From the IMG/VR virus record IMGVR_UViG_3300022680_000058, positions 1 to 64,000 of that record: a DNA stretch of 64,000 nucleotides. One strand, given 5' to 3'. Position 1 is the stretch's first letter, and each line of letters opens with the position of its first letter. Below the pieces are notes generated by a model that saw nothing but the letters and a program-made list of their open reading frames with translations, was not told the DNA's origin and made no database searches. The position numbers and the translations under genes were made by a program. This stretch comes from a virus. Of the stretch, positions 29,112 through 37,542 are shown one piece after another.

Positions 29112-29855
29112 CTATCCTCTCCTGAGAATTGCAGTGCGACGAGATGACCGCCTCTTCTTTCGCCTTCTCTTCTTCTCCGGGTCCTCATCACATGGACATC
29201 GGTCAAGAAACTTTCGACCGTCTCCAGCACCGATAGGTACAGGGACCGTAGCGACATTCGCTGTCGTCGTCATCGACTCATCAATTCCGAGTGACCTCAT
29301 CACCCTCCTGAAACGGGCAATTGATTGCCCATTTCGAGACTCACTCGTCGGCTGAGCCACCCTCCTCACAGCGACAATCGATTTCTCTCCATACTCTTTT
29401 TCGACATCACGGCGAGCTCTCTTCTCGTGTCCTGGGCAGGCATAGGCGATAGCTCGACCGTCAGCAAACTGGAACCCCTTGGACGCGTAGTCGGAACAGT
29501 ACCTACACTTCTGTGGTCTCGCCCATTGCGGAGTGGGACCAGACCTACCCTCAGCGACTTTTGTAGAAATATTCTTTGGCGCAGGTGCCGCCACATCGGA
29601 CACTGGTCCAGAAGAACCCTCCCCACCCTTCTCCTTTTGTGCGCCTCTGTCAGAGCCCTGAGACGACCCTGACGCCTTTTTCGTGTCGTCCTTTGTGGTG
29701 GCATGGGTTTTGCCATCACCACCCTTCACAGGCATCTTGTACCCCTTCAGAGCGTCGGGGCCGCCATCATCTTCGAGTGCCCTTGAAAAGAAAGACGAGA
29801 GAGGTATCGGGCTGACCAAAGAAACTTTTGTGGAGTGTGGTGGGATTCCTGCCAT
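29112..29855 (-). CDS. basic hypothetical protein with Zn motif, candidate internal head protein
   Basis: CRYC..CPGH motif, K/R-rich; RALE| and IDE| candidate cleavage sites. Confidence 0.6.
   Translation of the reverse strand: MAGIPPHSTKVSLVSPIPLSSFFSRALEDDGGPDALKGYKMPVKGGDGKTHATTKDDTKKASGSSQGSDRGAQKEKGGEGSSGPVSDVAAPAPKNISTKVAEGRSGPTPQWARPQKCRYCSDYASKGFQFADGRAIAYACPGHEKRARRDVEKEYGEKSIVAVRRVAQPTSESRNGQSIARFRRVMRSLGIDESMTTTANVATVPVPIGAGDGRKFLDRCPCDEDPEKKRRRKKRRSSRRTAILRRG
29315..29330. repeat. dispersed palindrome copy 2
   Basis: GAAAC-GGGCAATTGATTGCCC-ATTTC, inside a CDS. Confidence 0.9.
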
Positions 29856-29898
29856 ACAGACAGTCTATCAAAAAAAATATGAGCTCTCCACACAGGGT

Positions 29899-30690
29899 TC
29901 AGTATTCGGAATCCCACTCATATTCAGCTTCAATGTCAATCGGAACAAAAAAACTGAACGTCCATGGGGCCTTTGATTTGAGAGATATTTTTCCAATATC
30001 TGCCTTCATCTCCAAGTCAACATCGATAACGATCTCACCGCTCGTTTCACGAGAAAATTCCTCATCCGTCTCTTCATTTGCCGCGTCAACAGCCTTGCGG
30101 GCAAGAGCCCTGAGAGCATCATCGTCAAACCCGTACTCTTTCTCCCAGGTCTTTACCATGCTGGAGAGCTCTTCATCACCAAAATGATCAACGACTTTTC
30201 TATCAGTCGCGACCTTTTGAGCAATCGACGGGCCAACAAACCCAGAAAGTTGTCTTTTGATGTTTGCGCTGAGTTTTGAGCTTGAGAGCTTGTTCACCCC
30301 GGAGTATGACAGCTCTCTTGGATATGACGCTTTAGCGAAAAACCATTCAGGGTCAGGATCGTCAGGCCAATCGAAGTGCTCGTAGGAACTTTCCAGCTCG
30401 TCCTCACGAACGACCTTGAACTTTGGGTTTTTGTTCTTGAGCGTCTTGTCGATCAAAACACCAACACTCGATTGGAGACCAGAGAGCACCTCTGAAATCG
30501 CATCTTCGAGCTTACCCCGATCCACATTATCAGCCCCATGCCGGATCAAGGCGTCAGAAATGACATCGACAGAAGATACTTTTTTCTTCCTGGAAGCTTT
30601 CCGTCTCGGCTTGCGAGCCTTCGGAGCTCTAACATTATAAGAAGTCCGTCCGGAAGCAATCGCCTCTAACAACTCTTGTGAACCCTTCAT
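29899..30690 (-). CDS. tagged cargo-family protein (MKGSQELLE|AIASGRTSYNVRAP)
   Basis: GGAGGAG RBS before ATG at 30690; shares the post-Glu motif with genes at 46.5-52.2 kb. Confidence 0.7.
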   Translation of the reverse strand: MKGSQELLEAIASGRTSYNVRAPKARKPRRKASRKKKVSSVDVISDALIRHGADNVDRGKLEDAISEVLSGLQSSVGVLIDKTLKNKNPKFKVVREDELESSYEHFDWPDDPDPEWFFAKASYPRELSYSGVNKLSSSKLSANIKRQLSGFVGPSIAQKVATDRKVVDHFGDEELSSMVKTWEKEYGFDDDALRALARKAVDAANEETDEEFSRETSGEIVIDVDLEMKADIGKISLKSKAPWTFSFFVPIDIEAEYEWDSEY

Positions 30691-30740
30691 TTCTGGCTCC
30701 TCCAGCATTCATTGTATCAAACAGCAATGAATCCTTCACA

Positions 30741-30769
30741 AACATAAGTTGTATGATTTAGTTTGTCAA
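30741..30769 (-). promoter_or_regulatory. sigma70-type promoter
   Basis: TTGACA-N17-TATGTT upstream of 29899-30690. Confidence 0.7.
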
Positions 30770-30778
30770 TGTCATCGC

Positions 30779-30821
30779 AAAAAAATAGCCCCCTCCAGCT
30801 TTTCAGCCAAAGGGGGCTATT
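30779..30821 (-). terminator. rho-independent terminator
   Basis: AATAGCCCCCT..AGGGGGCTATT stem followed by a T-run on the minus strand. Confidence 0.8.
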
Positions 30822-31228
30822 CGAGTTCCCCTTACCCCTGGGCTTTATGTCGAAGTACCCAGCGGCTTTTGTCTTTTTGAGATCAGGTGCCCGCCCACCA
30901 TCACATCAGTTCTGCCCAACTTCTCAGAACCATGCCACCCCTATCGCACTGCCTGACGCGTTGCCTGGTGGCTCCCTTGGAATCGAGTTTCACTCGACAG
31001 AACAATATCCCCCTGTCCGGGGTTGCTATCGATGACTTGGGGTTATCTTGTTCACCCCTATCAGGCCACCGATGCTTTGTCCGTCCATCAGAGCGAGACT
31101 TCGTCTTATCCCAACCCCTGATGAACGTGCCGATGACTGACCAAGCCACCAGCAGCATCCTGAAAATCATTTCAACCCTTCACCGCCTTCTCCTGTGTTT
31201 TCGCCTATCTACCGGCTTTCATCCACAC
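30779..31228 (-). ncRNA. candidate large structured non-coding RNA (~450 nt), family unrecognised
   Basis: Own promoter and terminator, at least 8 nested helices with minus-strand G-U pairs, no convincing ORF. Confidence 0.6.
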
Positions 31229-31233
31229 CCAAC

Positions 31234-31261
31234 AGTCTAACTCTCCAGCGTTTTCTGTCAA
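31234..31261 (-). promoter_or_regulatory. sigma70-type promoter for the ncRNA candidate
   Basis: TTGACA-N16-TAGACT. Confidence 0.65.
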
Positions 31262-31284
31262 CACTGACAGACCGTTTTTATCGT

Positions 31285-31473
31285 CTAATTCATCCACCTC
31301 ATATCGAAGTGTTCATTCCATCCACGTCGCCACGCAACATGCTCTGGAGTGCCCTCTGGATACGGATTGTCTGGACTCCCAGCAAGGACACCATCACACT
31401 CGACGGATGTGTTGTAGCCTTCGTTGAAGGCGTTCCTTTGTGAACCCGTTTTTAGGTACCTATGCAGACTCAT
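31285..31473 (-). CDS. Rmf/CrpP-fold-like small protein
   Basis: AFNEGY..NPY..AWRRGW pattern as in ribosome-modulation-factor-like proteins. Confidence 0.55.
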   Translation of the reverse strand: MSLHRYLKTGSQRNAFNEGYNTSVECDGVLAGSPDNPYPEGTPEHVAWRRGWNEHFDMRWMN

Positions 31474-31918
31474 CGTTGATCCTCATCCCGTTCGATGACA
31501 GCTCATGGATCATCTTCGTGGTGTTCATGTCACACTTTGGGCACCTGAGTTCGACGGCTGCCCATCCCTCAGAGCCAAACTCGATGAGAGAGAAATCGAC
31601 TGCATGGACACCGGTCACCCCACAATTCCCACACTTCGACTTTACCTCCCTGAGATCCTGCTCGAATCCTGGAACATCCGGAGTTGGCGGAAGGTCCGGA
31701 CGAGGAACGCTCCAAATCCAAGCTCCCCAAGCATCTGAGAGGTGACACTTTCCATCAATCTCGTACACCACAACTGTAAGGCCACCTTGGCGCCCGTACT
31801 CCTCTCCTGTCGCCCGGATGTCATAGACCCCAGGCTCAGACGGGACACCCTTAGTCCACTGACCTTGCTGATAGCGCTTGAGTTGCTTCTCGAAGTCATA
31901 CCGAGTTTTCTGGTCCAT
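31460..31918 (-). CDS. hypothetical protein with C-terminal CxxC pairs
   Basis: WTKGVPSEPGVY..W; CGNC..CPKC. Confidence 0.65.
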   Translation of the reverse strand: MDQKTRYDFEKQLKRYQQGQWTKGVPSEPGVYDIRATGEEYGRQGGLTVVVYEIDGKCHLSDAWGAWIWSVPRPDLPPTPDVPGFEQDLREVKSKCGNCGVTGVHAVDFSLIEFGSEGWAAVELRCPKCDMNTTKMIHELSSNGMRINDESA

Positions 31919-31920
31919 GA

Positions 31921-32304
31921 CTACACCTCGAATTTGTTGTTTTTCCCAGCGGACAGCTTCAGGACCGGATCATTGATGTCGTCATCCCCTCCAAAGAGCG
32001 GGACAACCCTGACGTCAGATTCCGGATTCACCTCCAAAAGCTCTGCCTTCATCTTCCTGGCATCGTCGAACTCATCAAAGTTCTGGAACTGACGACCACC
32101 CTCAGTGATCTGGACCACCGAATACCCCGTGGGGTCCATATCCGGAAGAGCTCTTTGTTCAACCCCAAGTTTTTTGACCTCAATCGCCGCCAACGCAGTA
32201 TCCCGCATAGTTCTATATTTTAGCCAATCCGTGAACGAGAAGCTTCCAATCGCCAGAGCAGCCACACCACCGAGCACCAAAAACATCGCTGTAATCGGGT
32301 CCAT
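31921..32304 (-). CDS. hypothetical membrane-anchored protein
   Basis: GAGGAG RBS; N-terminal TM segment. Confidence 0.7.
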   Translation of the reverse strand: MDPITAMFLVLGGVAALAIGSFSFTDWLKYRTMRDTALAAIEVKKLGVEQRALPDMDPTGYSVVQITEGGRQFQNFDEFDDARKMKAELLEVNPESDVRVVPLFGGDDDINDPVLKLSAGKNNKFEV

Positions 32305-32314
32305 CTTCTTCTCC

Positions 32315-32602
32315 TCACCAGCCCATAGAGAGCCGTCTCATGTCGTCTTCTCGGTCCTCTTCTCGGCGGATCTCCCGAATCTCATCCTCGATATCGTCAT
32401 CGGCATATCCGCAGAGGTATTCATCATTCGCCGCCTCTTCTGCCTCTTCGTCGAGCTCTTCGAGATACTCCGTGTACTCATCTCGACAAAGCGCCCTCCC
32501 TCCTTGTCTCGCACGGGAACGAAAAGCCTTCGCCCGCCGCCTGGAATCGCCCTTTGAGAGAGACGCAACCTCGGTCCAACTTCCTGCCCCCAACGGTTTC
32601 AT
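32315..32602 (-). CDS. hypothetical protein, basic N-half and acidic C-half
   Basis: GGAGG RBS; ATGA overlap with the upstream gene. Confidence 0.6.
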   Translation of the reverse strand: MKPLGAGSWTEVASLSKGDSRRRAKAFRSRARQGGRALCRDEYTEYLEELDEEAEEAANDEYLCGYADDDIEDEIREIRREEDREDDMRRLSMGW

Positions 32603-33114
32603 GACTTACCTCCATTGACGAGCTCAGAAAACTCGTCGCTGTTGTCACTCCCTGTGATGGCTCGCCAAAGGTCGAAGGCTTCGTGAGCGTTGCAGTTCAC
32701 ACTCGCATAGAGCGCTTGAGCCATACAGACCTTGGCGGTCAAGGCCGGGTCATCCTGGTCTTTCTTGACACCAGACCACTCATCAACGAGAACCTGTTGT
32801 TCTTCATCAGAGAGGATGAACCAGTCCTCCTGATACTTCTCATCAGTGTTGACGAGGAGCGCCTTGTCAGCGACATTCCCCAAGAAGTCCAACACCACCG
32901 ACTCCTTTGTCTCAGGAGATAGTTGATCGACGAGGAGGAGCTCCTTCTCCGGACCCCAGAGACAGACGATGTCCAGAGCACGCTGAACGCCCGTCCGAAC
33001 ACCAGCCCAATATGATTCAGGATTCCACTCAAGCTCCGAACGACTGATACGCTCCCTCTCAGCCAGAACCTCAGACCTCAAGACACTAATCTTCTTCACC
33101 AACCCACTCAGCAT
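32599..33114 (-). CDS. hypothetical protein
   Basis: Probable start ATG at 33114, coupled to the upstream stop. Confidence 0.6.
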   Translation of the reverse strand: MLSGLVKKISVLRSEVLAERERISRSELEWNPESYWAGVRTGVQRALDIVCLWGPEKELLLVDQLSPETKESVVLDFLGNVADKALLVNTDEKYQEDWFILSDEEQQVLVDEWSGVKKDQDDPALTAKVCMAQALYASVNCNAHEAFDLWRAITGSDNSDEFSELVNGGKS

Positions 33115-33296
33115 GACGACCCTTCTTTCTGTCTTTTCAGCTCGAATTCGAGCATAGCTTTCACATCGACGAGCCCACTGATTCGACCCTCGTAGTAACG
33201 ACCCCACCGACTATCCGGAGAGTAGTGGCCACCGAGGCGCCTGGACTCTTCGATTGCCCCATCGATTTGCTTCAAGAGCTCATCCATGACGACCAA
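33108..33296 (-). CDS. small hypothetical protein
   Basis: Tiled in the operon; YYEGRISGL helix typical of small phage proteins. Confidence 0.55.
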   Translation of the reverse strand: MVVMDELLKQIDGAIEESRRLGGHYSPDSRWGRYYEGRISGLVDVKAMLEFELKRQKEGSSC

Positions 33297-33299
33297 CCC

Positions 33300-33491
33300 C
33301 TAATCTTCCCATGTGGTGTAGTAGACGCTTTTCCCATCCCGAAGACGACGCTCAGCATCTTTGGCGTGGAGCAAGTCACCACCCCACGTCTCGTAAACCA
33401 CAACATCGCCAACAATCGGCGTCTTTGTCGGGAGCCCGTACCACTTGATCATGCCTTTGTTTGCTGGCCTGCGCTCATGGGTCCGTCTCAT
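33300..33491 (-). CDS. small hypothetical protein (first gene of operon)
   Basis: GAGGGAGG RBS before ATG at 33491, directly after a promoter. Confidence 0.55.
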   Translation of the reverse strand: MRRTHERRPANKGMIKWYGLPTKTPIVGDVVVYETWGGDLLHAKDAERRLRDGKSVYYTTWED

Positions 33492-33516
33492 GGGGTCCCT
33501 CCCTCTCACAAACCTC

Positions 33517-33545
33517 AATCTAGTACCATGATTTGCGCTTGTCAA
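33517..33545 (-). promoter_or_regulatory. sigma70-type promoter
   Basis: TTGACA-N17-TAGATT. Confidence 0.65.
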
Positions 33546-33625
33546 CCGGACCAAAAGAAAAAAGCAAAAAACCTCACAGCGCAGATCGCCACCAGCTCTT
33601 TTGTCAAAAAAGAGTCCAGCATGCA

Positions 33626-33653
33626 TTGACAGACGTAAATCACATTATAAGAT
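33626..33653 (+). promoter_or_regulatory. divergent sigma70-type promoter
   Basis: TTGACA-N16-TAAGAT upstream of the only + strand gene. Confidence 0.6.
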
Positions 33654-33676
33654 TGTCAGTGAAAGGGAAACGAACC

Positions 33677-33877
33677 ATGACCAACCCGAACGAAACAGTC
33701 ACCGCTCTCCTTCGTCAGGCCCGCAAGACCTCGGGCGCATCGCCTGAAGAGGCGCACACCGCCGCCCTGGCAGCCTTGAACATGGCCCGGAAGCACAAGC
33801 TTCACGGAGCCATCATCGCCCGATGTCACAACGAACTCTTCAAAGCCAACTCTCGGCGACATCAAGCCGCCGCCTAA
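33677..33877 (+). CDS. DUF2786-like small helical protein
   Basis: GAAAGGGA RBS; TVTALLRQA..SPEEAHTAALAALNMARKH resembles the DUF2786 helical hairpin. Confidence 0.6.
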   Translation: MTNPNETVTALLRQARKTSGASPEEAHTAALAALNMARKHKLHGAIIARCHNELFKANSRRHQAAA

Positions 33878-33882
33878 CCTGC

Positions 33883-34257
33883 CTACGAATAATCCACCAA
33901 AGAAGCTTCGACGACGAAGTTTGCCTGATTGACGACGGGATACCTCACAGGTGGGGTCGCACTGGGATACTCGACTGAGATCCCGTAGTAGTAGCATCCC
34001 TTGGCGAGCACTGACTGGTCTGATGGGATTGTAATCGTCGCCTGACCGTTCTGGGCGTCCGTGATCTCAATTCCATTGTCGGGGCTGGATAGTTGAATCA
34101 GCGCATCTGAGCTCGAATCAGCCTTCACTGTGAAGTACATGACGGCGTCGACAAGAGACGCGTTGCGCCCCTCACAAGTCTTCACAGTGACCTTGATCAC
34201 CTTCGTCTGGCCACTGACGATCTTCACTGAGTTGAGTAGGTTGGGAGGTGTCGCCAT
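33883..34257 (-). CDS. BppU-like Ig-fold virion protein
   Basis: MYFTVK..GIEITDAQNGQATITIP..G.YYYGI pattern. Confidence 0.6.
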   Translation of the reverse strand: MATPPNLLNSVKIVSGQTKVIKVTVKTCEGRNASLVDAVMYFTVKADSSSDALIQLSSPDNGIEITDAQNGQATITIPSDQSVLAKGCYYYGISVEYPSATPPVRYPVVNQANFVVEASLVDYS

Positions 34258-34269
34258 CTTCTTGCCCTC

Positions 34270-34452
34270 TCAGTCGCTCTCTACGGCTGCTTCCAGGTCA
34301 CAATGAACCACAGAGCCCTGTAAGTCTGACGGCGCCTCAAGCACCGCTACAGCGTCACAAGACATCACTTCTCCTTTGAGGTCTTCCGTAATGGTCATCA
34401 CTGCCACAGCATCACACGAAACAACAGTCGCCCACGACGGAGAACTCAACAT
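34270..34452 (-). CDS. small protein with internal repeats
   Basis: Three SCDAVAV-like repeats; tiled between neighbours. Confidence 0.5.
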   Translation of the reverse strand: MLSSPSWATVVSCDAVAVMTITEDLKGEVMSCDAVAVLEAPSDLQGSVVHCDLEAAVESD

Positions 34453-34455
34453 GAG

Positions 34456-35103
34456 TTATCGCCTTCGGGACCCATGAGATCGCCCACGATCACCTTGCGA
34501 GGATGTCTGCTGCGAGGATTGATTCTTGAGCTGCGTAGCGATGCCTCTCATCTCTTGGAGTAGTTGCTGGCTTGTCTTGCTGTTCTCTTCCCGAGCAGTC
34601 TCAATGGCTTTGATTCTCTCGTCGTGAGCTGTGACCTTCTCGGGAATCTCATCGAGCGTTTCGAGCTGTGTCGCCGCCGCCGATGCCGCCGAGTTACTGG
34701 CGAGAGCTATCGTGATGGCTGTGCCACCAACTATCACCAACACACCGAGGACCCACCAAAGAAGCTTGCTCGTCCCCTTGGACCTCTCGTCCACTTTTGA
34801 CAGGTCAGACGATGTCTTGTTGATGCGCTCCATCTCAGTGCAATGGTCGACGCCGTGGATATCGGTGTTCAGAATGTGTGAGTCGATCTTCTGAAGAGCT
34901 TCTCTCGCTGTATCCCTGGCTTCTCTGACATCATTGGCAAGAGGAGGGATCAAGTCTTCCTTGATGCTCCTGACGTTCTCTGTGAGGCCGGTCAAGCCTT
35001 TCTCGATGTTCGTCAGCACAGTCATGGACACCGTGGTGTGCATGTCATTGAGGCGCCCCTGGTCGAGGTCAGATCCCATACTGCTTCTCCTCCTACCGCC
35101 CAT
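34456..35103 (-). CDS. single-pass membrane coiled-coil protein (lysis-related?)
   Basis: Central TM LLWWVLGVLVIVGGTAITIALA flanked by heptads; GGAGG RBS. Confidence 0.65.
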   Translation of the reverse strand: MGGRRRSSMGSDLDQGRLNDMHTTVSMTVLTNIEKGLTGLTENVRSIKEDLIPPLANDVREARDTAREALQKIDSHILNTDIHGVDHCTEMERINKTSSDLSKVDERSKGTSKLLWWVLGVLVIVGGTAITIALASNSAASAAATQLETLDEIPEKVTAHDERIKAIETAREENSKTSQQLLQEMRGIATQLKNQSSQQTSSQGDRGRSHGSRRR

Positions 35104-35147
35104 GGCCCCTCCTGGCGAATCAAATCGCCCATTTCAGTCGATTATCT

Positions 35148-35429
35148 CTACTTCGCAGGATCAGGGCAACCCGGCTCTTCCATATCGGCAGCATCATCCA
35201 GCTTTTTCGATGCCTCCTGAGTCTCTCGGATGGCTCTCACATCAGAACCGATCTGAGCCAGCTTCGTCTCACTATCTGCAACAAGATCCTCGACCTTCTT
35301 CAGTCTTTCATCAAGGACATCGTTTTTTTTGAGCAGCTCCTTGATTGACCTTTTGAGAATCTCGACAGAGTCTTCGTCACACTCGTTGCCAACCTCTACC
35401 ACCGGACTCTGCATCAACCACTCCTGCAC
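35148..35429 (-). CDS. small coiled-coil protein
   Basis: Heptad-rich 93-aa ORF. Confidence 0.55.
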   Translation of the reverse strand: MQEWLMQSPVVEVGNECDEDSVEILKRSIKELLKKNDVLDERLKKVEDLVADSETKLAQIGSDVRAIRETQEASKKLDDAADMEEPGCPDPAK

Positions 35430-35462
35430 CCCCCCCCATCAACGACCTATCAAAATGACAAA

Positions 35463-36215
35463 TCAATACTCCGTAACAACGTGCCCGCCAACAGTTACCG
35501 TCAACTCTGTCAATCCGGTCAAATTATCATTGATAAGCGCACAAAACTCATCACCAGCACTACCATCAAGCCTAACCACAGCTCCAAATTCAGTATTACT
35601 CTCGATTTTTGCTATGAATCCATAAAATCCAGACGGCGCCTTATCATCGTATTTTGTTGTGAATTTTTGCTGAGCAAAACCAATATTGTTATATACAGTA
35701 CCGAAATTCTTTGAAATACCATTCTCACCTCTGAGGACAAACCCATTCGGAAGTCTTGTTAGTCCTCCAAACAAAGCGCTGTCCATTGGAGAGTTGTCCT
35801 GAATCGATATAACTAGTGATACCAAATCAAACTTCACCCCATCAGGAGCATGAATGCAGAACTTCTCAGGAGATGCAAGCGTTCCGCTTACGTTCATGTT
35901 TACTGGTCCTGCTTCTACAATAGTATTTGTCAAAGAATAATCGGCATCAGATTTCGGGACAATATTTACAGTTCCAGCCCCAATTGACTTTATGATGAAT
36001 TGTGAGTGTCGCCCACCACCAAGAAGGTTTATTGACTCATTTGCAGCCATACCAGTTGTGGATGACACATTTATAACATCGTCACCCTTTGATACATTTG
36101 CTGAAAGAGTGGTTATTGCATCAGGTCTGTACATGTACAGATTTACGAGTTCTCCTGTATAATCCTGAATGTATACGTCTTGAGACCTGAAGTTTACTGG
36201 GTAATACACACCCAT
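35463..36215 (-). CDS. beta-rich putative virion protein (MGVYYP tag)
   Basis: AT-rich gene; shared N-terminal hexapeptide with its two neighbours. Confidence 0.65.
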   Translation of the reverse strand: MGVYYPVNFRSQDVYIQDYTGELVNLYMYRPDAITTLSANVSKGDDVINVSSTTGMAANESINLLGGGRHSQFIIKSIGAGTVNIVPKSDADYSLTNTIVEAGPVNMNVSGTLASPEKFCIHAPDGVKFDLVSLVISIQDNSPMDSALFGGLTRLPNGFVLRGENGISKNFGTVYNNIGFAQQKFTTKYDDKAPSGFYGFIAKIESNTEFGAVVRLDGSAGDEFCALINDNLTGLTELTVTVGGHVVTEY

Positions 36216-36235
36216 CTCACCACCCCTTTACCTTA

Positions 36236-36730
36236 CTACTCATCTATCTGAGTAGGATCAATGCTTCTTCTTCCCTCAACAAGAAGATCTATCCATGATG
36301 ATGACGAAGAGTAAGTACACTTCACACGAGCCCATATCTTCAAATCACCTTTTATCAAAGGAGACCCAGAGGCTATCTGTCCAGTGCCCCCATACTTTGT
36401 GGAAGCAAACCTTGGTCCACTAGACACAATACGAGTAGCATTTGCAAACGTTGTTGAGCCCGCCCACGCCTCAACCAAATATGTTTCATCTGCCCTTTGC
36501 ATCTCTATGACAAGCAACCGATCAAGAATGACATAGCAACAAGGTCCAAGATTTCCATTGTATACTTGGACTTCAGAGCCGAATGAGCCGTCTGCTGAAG
36601 AAGTCAAACGGAACGGGTCAAGATTCCCATCCTCAAAGTAACCATCACCACCCATCCCATAGACGATTGGTTGTGTAAAAAGCTTTTCAGCTATTATGTT
36701 TGAAGATACCTGTGGGAAGTAAACACTCAT
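36236..36730 (-). CDS. beta-rich putative virion protein (MSVYFP tag)
   Basis: AT-rich gene; shared N-terminal hexapeptide. Confidence 0.65.
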   Translation of the reverse strand: MSVYFPQVSSNIIAEKLFTQPIVYGMGGDGYFEDGNLDPFRLTSSADGSFGSEVQVYNGNLGPCCYVILDRLLVIEMQRADETYLVEAWAGSTTFANATRIVSSGPRFASTKYGGTGQIASGSPLIKGDLKIWARVKCTYSSSSSWIDLLVEGRRSIDPTQIDE

Positions 36731-36732
36731 GA

Positions 36733-37539
36733 TTATGCATCCACTAGCCAGATGTCAAACGCCCCAGTAACTATCGAATTGTCCCCGCTTACCTCATCCG
36801 CTCTTATGAGTATATCAGCAGGTCCATTCACCTTGTTGTACGGTTCAAACCTATGACGGCCAACACCACCTTCAGAGGATAGCTGAATAGAATCCCTGAT
36901 TGGGAGATTCGTCTTGCTCTGACCACTCTCTGACACTCGAAGAGTAGCAGTAAGAGATCTATCTTGCGTTCCAGAACCAAGAGACACAGAAACAATCCAA
37001 TAAGTAATAAGCGCAATCTTGTTTCTCGGAACAGAATACACAGCCATCATAGTTTGATTGTCAGCCGGTTGAACAATCGCTTTCACAGCAGAAGGTGTTT
37101 GAGGAACTCCAGCAACAACCGCAACATCCTCATACACATAAACAGTCCCATTGAGAGTATCGCCTTTGTTTCTCACCCTAAATACTCTCAACCACTCCAA
37201 TGGAGATGTTATGAGTGTTTTTGTCTGACCGCTCAGTACCTGTGTCACAGTCTGTATATCGTTGTTCTCATCGAGTCCCTGAATCTCCATATCTTGAACA
37301 TCACCATTATCAGAGCTTGATATATACAAGTCTCCAGATGACGTCATGAATGGATACAACGCGTTTGCGTTCGCATTGTTCCCACCGGACCATACATCTT
37401 CTGGGACGGTGGCCACATCAACGTCTGTATTCCTTCCAAACTTGTTGACAGCTACCACACCGTCAACAAGCCCCATGGATGCTCCTATCGGCGCTGGAAC
37501 AGAAAGCACAGACGCCTTATCTGGATAGTAAACACCCAT
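36733..37539 (-). CDS. beta-rich putative virion protein (MGVYYP tag)
   Basis: KFGRN.DVD..EDVW..ISSSD..D..IQGLD..NQTMMAVYSVP pattern recalled from phage structural proteins. Confidence 0.7.
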   Translation of the reverse strand: MGVYYPDKASVLSVPAPIGASMGLVDGVVAVNKFGRNTDVDVATVPEDVWSGGNNANANALYPFMTSSGDLYISSSDNGDVQDMEIQGLDENNDIQTVTQVLSGQTKTLITSPLEWLRVFRVRNKGDTLNGTVYVYEDVAVVAGVPQTPSAVKAIVQPADNQTMMAVYSVPRNKIALITYWIVSVSLGSGTQDRSLTATLRVSESGQSKTNLPIRDSIQLSSEGGVGRHRFEPYNKVNGPADILIRADEVSGDNSIVTGAFDIWLVDA

Positions 37540-37542
37540 GAT

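Noticed and set aside
30901-31170. 89-aa ORF within the ncRNA candidate
   Set aside because: The composition is not convincingly protein-like and the ORF coincides with dense RNA helices. It is not fully excluded.
30850-31200. Loose RNase P-like look (GGAGAAGGCGGU ... ACAAAAGCCGCU) and a CCACCA on the + strand at 30895-30900
   Set aside because: It lacks the GAGGAAAGUCC consensus with bulged U, and no T-loop precedes CCACCA, so neither RNase P nor tRNA/tmRNA can be called.
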